From: a virus
Taxonomy: Duplodnaviria; Caudoviricetes
Reading direction: 5' to 3' (one strand)
Length of the DNA stretch: 28,800 nt
IMG/VR virus record: IMGVR_UViG_3300020045_001777
Span: 1-28,800 of that record
Shown: positions 27,258 through 28,800 of the stretch, in pieces
Numbering within the stretch: the first letter of the stretch is position 1
Layout: each line of letters begins with the position of its first letter
Made by a program: the position numbers and the translations under genes
The notes under the pieces: model-generated
Told to the model about the DNA's origin: nothing
Database searches by the model: none
What the model saw: the letters and a program-made list of their open reading frames with translations, nothing else

Positions 27258-27843
27258 AATAACGGTTGCTATTGGCTCACAGGCATTTGAATTAATACGT
27301 GATAGGTTAGTTGAAATTTTAGTTGATGAATTTGAAGGTCAATATCTTTTAACATACGATTCGGAATTAGAAGTAAATGTATTTAAAGAACGAAATAATC
27401 CTTTAGATAAAACCGAGTTGAGTTCAATAGTTGTATCGCTTGCAACTGGTAGTTATAGTAATAAAAATCAATTGTCAGTTGATGGAGAATATAGTTATAA
27501 CATTGATATTTATACCAACGAAAAAACAAACGATGCCGAAAGTGGAGATACAAGATCGGCATTAAAGTTGCAAAAAATAATAGGAATAACGAGAGCAATT
27601 TTAGAAGATCAAGCATATAAGACGTTGGGGTTTGTTACACCAAAAATAATGCATACAATGGTAACAGACATTAACATAAGAGGGTATGACCCGAACGATA
27701 CAATGAATACATCAATGGGTAGATTATCGTTTAAGGTTCGTGCAATTGAAACAACTTTACCAATAACACCTAGTTTAATTGCAGGATACCAAACAGGCGT
27801 ATTAATTGATTTATCAGGCAAAGGATATTTTTATCAATCATAA
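27250..27843 (+). CDS. Tail terminator / neck protein
   Basis: IRD.L.EIL start, Y.IDIY strand; position after the head-closure gene. Confidence 0.5.
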   Translation: MSRITVAIGSQAFELIRDRLVEILVDEFEGQYLLTYDSELEVNVFKERNNPLDKTELSSIVVSLATGSYSNKNQLSVDGEYSYNIDIYTNEKTNDAESGDTRSALKLQKIIGITRAILEDQAYKTLGFVTPKIMHTMVTDINIRGYDPNDTMNTSMGRLSFKVRAIETTLPITPSLIAGYQTGVLIDLSGKGYFYQS

Positions 27844-27854
27844 AAAAATACACA

Positions 27855-28800
27855 ATGAAAAAACTTATTATTTTAATTCAATTAATTTTTATTTCTTTAA
27901 TAGGCTATGCTCAATATCCTGAAAATGCCTACGAATGCATTGATTCAAATGTTTATTCAAATAATAACCATAGAATTACAGGAGATATTTTAAATACAAC
28001 TTTAAAAAGAGTGGTAGGATTAACGAATGATAATATTGCATCATATTCAATAACTGTTGTTTCACCCCTAGTAAAGACAGGCACTACGCTATCAATTACA
28101 GCTAACTCATTTATTCCATATACAGGAGCGTCCACGGATGTTAATTTAAACAATAAAGAATTAACAAGCGTTTTGAACTTAGCTATTGGAACGTCCGTTG
28201 CTAATGCGCCTTTGACTGTTGGTAATGGGTTTTCGAATCGGGGTTATATGTGGATGGATGGAAGCAGTTCTGAACCGCCTCTTATACGTTTCAGAGGGCG
28301 AACGGTAGCATCAAATAATTTTTCTTTTTTAATGTACGGAGGTTATCATGATACACTTTTTTCTGTAAACACAGGTACGTTAAATACACCTGTGTTTGTT
28401 ATTGATACAACAGGTAAAGCAGCGTTTGATACTATAACAACACCATCGGCTATGTTGGCTGTAACAAGCACAACAAAAGGTTTTTTACCACCTAGAATGA
28501 CCACCGTTCAACGTGATGCAATTGTAGCCCCTGTAAATGGTTTGGTTATATATAATTCAACAACGGGGCTATTTAACGGATACCAATCGGGGGCGTGGTC
28601 AGGTATTAAGCCATCTATATCTGTTCAAACGGCTGCTACATTAACGATAACACCAACAACAGCAGATGATTTTGTTACAGAAAACTCATTGACTGGTGCT
28701 GTTGTAATAGCTAATCCAACAGGTACATGGGTAGAGGGGCAAACGTGCTTAATACGTATAAAAGACAATGGGACAGCACGAGCTATAACATTCGGTAGTA
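27855..28800 (+). CDS. Tail-fibre-like protein with N-terminal Sec signal peptide; runs off the window; not in the ORF track
   Basis: 315 stop-free codons by manual translation: MKKLIILIQLIFISLIGYA|QYPE...NNNHRITGDILN...IPYTGASTDVNL...SAMLAVTSTTKGFLPPRMTTVQRDAI..P.NGLVIYN...ANPTGTWVEGQTCLIRIKDNGTARAITFG. Confidence 0.85.
   Translation, partial: MKKLIILIQLIFISLIGYAQYPENAYECIDSNVYSNNNHRITGDILNTTLKRVVGLTNDNIASYSITVVSPLVKTGTTLSITANSFIPYTGASTDVNLNNKELTSVLNLAIGTSVANAPLTVGNGFSNRGYMWMDGSSSEPPLIRFRGRTVASNNFSFLMYGGYHDTLFSVNTGTLNTPVFVIDTTGKAAFDTITTPSAMLAVTSTTKGFLPPRMTTVQRDAIVAPVNGLVIYNSTTGLFNGYQSGAWSGIKPSISVQTAATLTITPTTADDFVTENSLTGAVVIANPTGTWVEGQTCLIRIKDNGTARAITFGS

Noticed and set aside
1-28800. tRNA, rRNA, CRISPR array, IS element, intron or intein
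   Set aside because: None recognised. The window is almost fully coding and core proteins have ordinary lengths.

Overview
A 28.8-kb morphogenesis region of a tailed dsDNA phage or prophage with a contractile tail. The host is probably Bacteroidota: TAnnTTTG promoter boxes, A-rich translation starts without obvious Shine-Dalgarno sites, and a Sec signal peptide followed by Gln. A lambda-like packaging/head set (Nu1-like TerS, GpA-type TerL, gpW, portal, ClpP protease with nested scaffold, decoration protein, gpE-type capsid) is combined with a Mu-like tail set (sheath, tube, frameshifted chaperone, tape measure, gp46/47/48-like, gpN-like, gp44-like, gp45-like) in a rearranged order. Main points: (i) a ~6.8-kb reverse-strand cassette of about seven soluble glycosyltransferase-like genes plus a SAM methyltransferase between terL and the sheath gene; (ii) a ~60-bp divergent promoter element present twice with identical spacing, linking this cassette, the tail operon, the head operon and a tandem ribbon-helix-helix-like gene; (iii) a tail-fibre-like ORF with a signal peptide at the right edge, absent from the ORF track. 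Together these suggest a co-regulated virion-glycosylation system, which is an inference. The first 121 bp duplicate an internal part of terL and are probably an assembly chimera. All protein family calls come from motif recognition and synteny; no database search was run.
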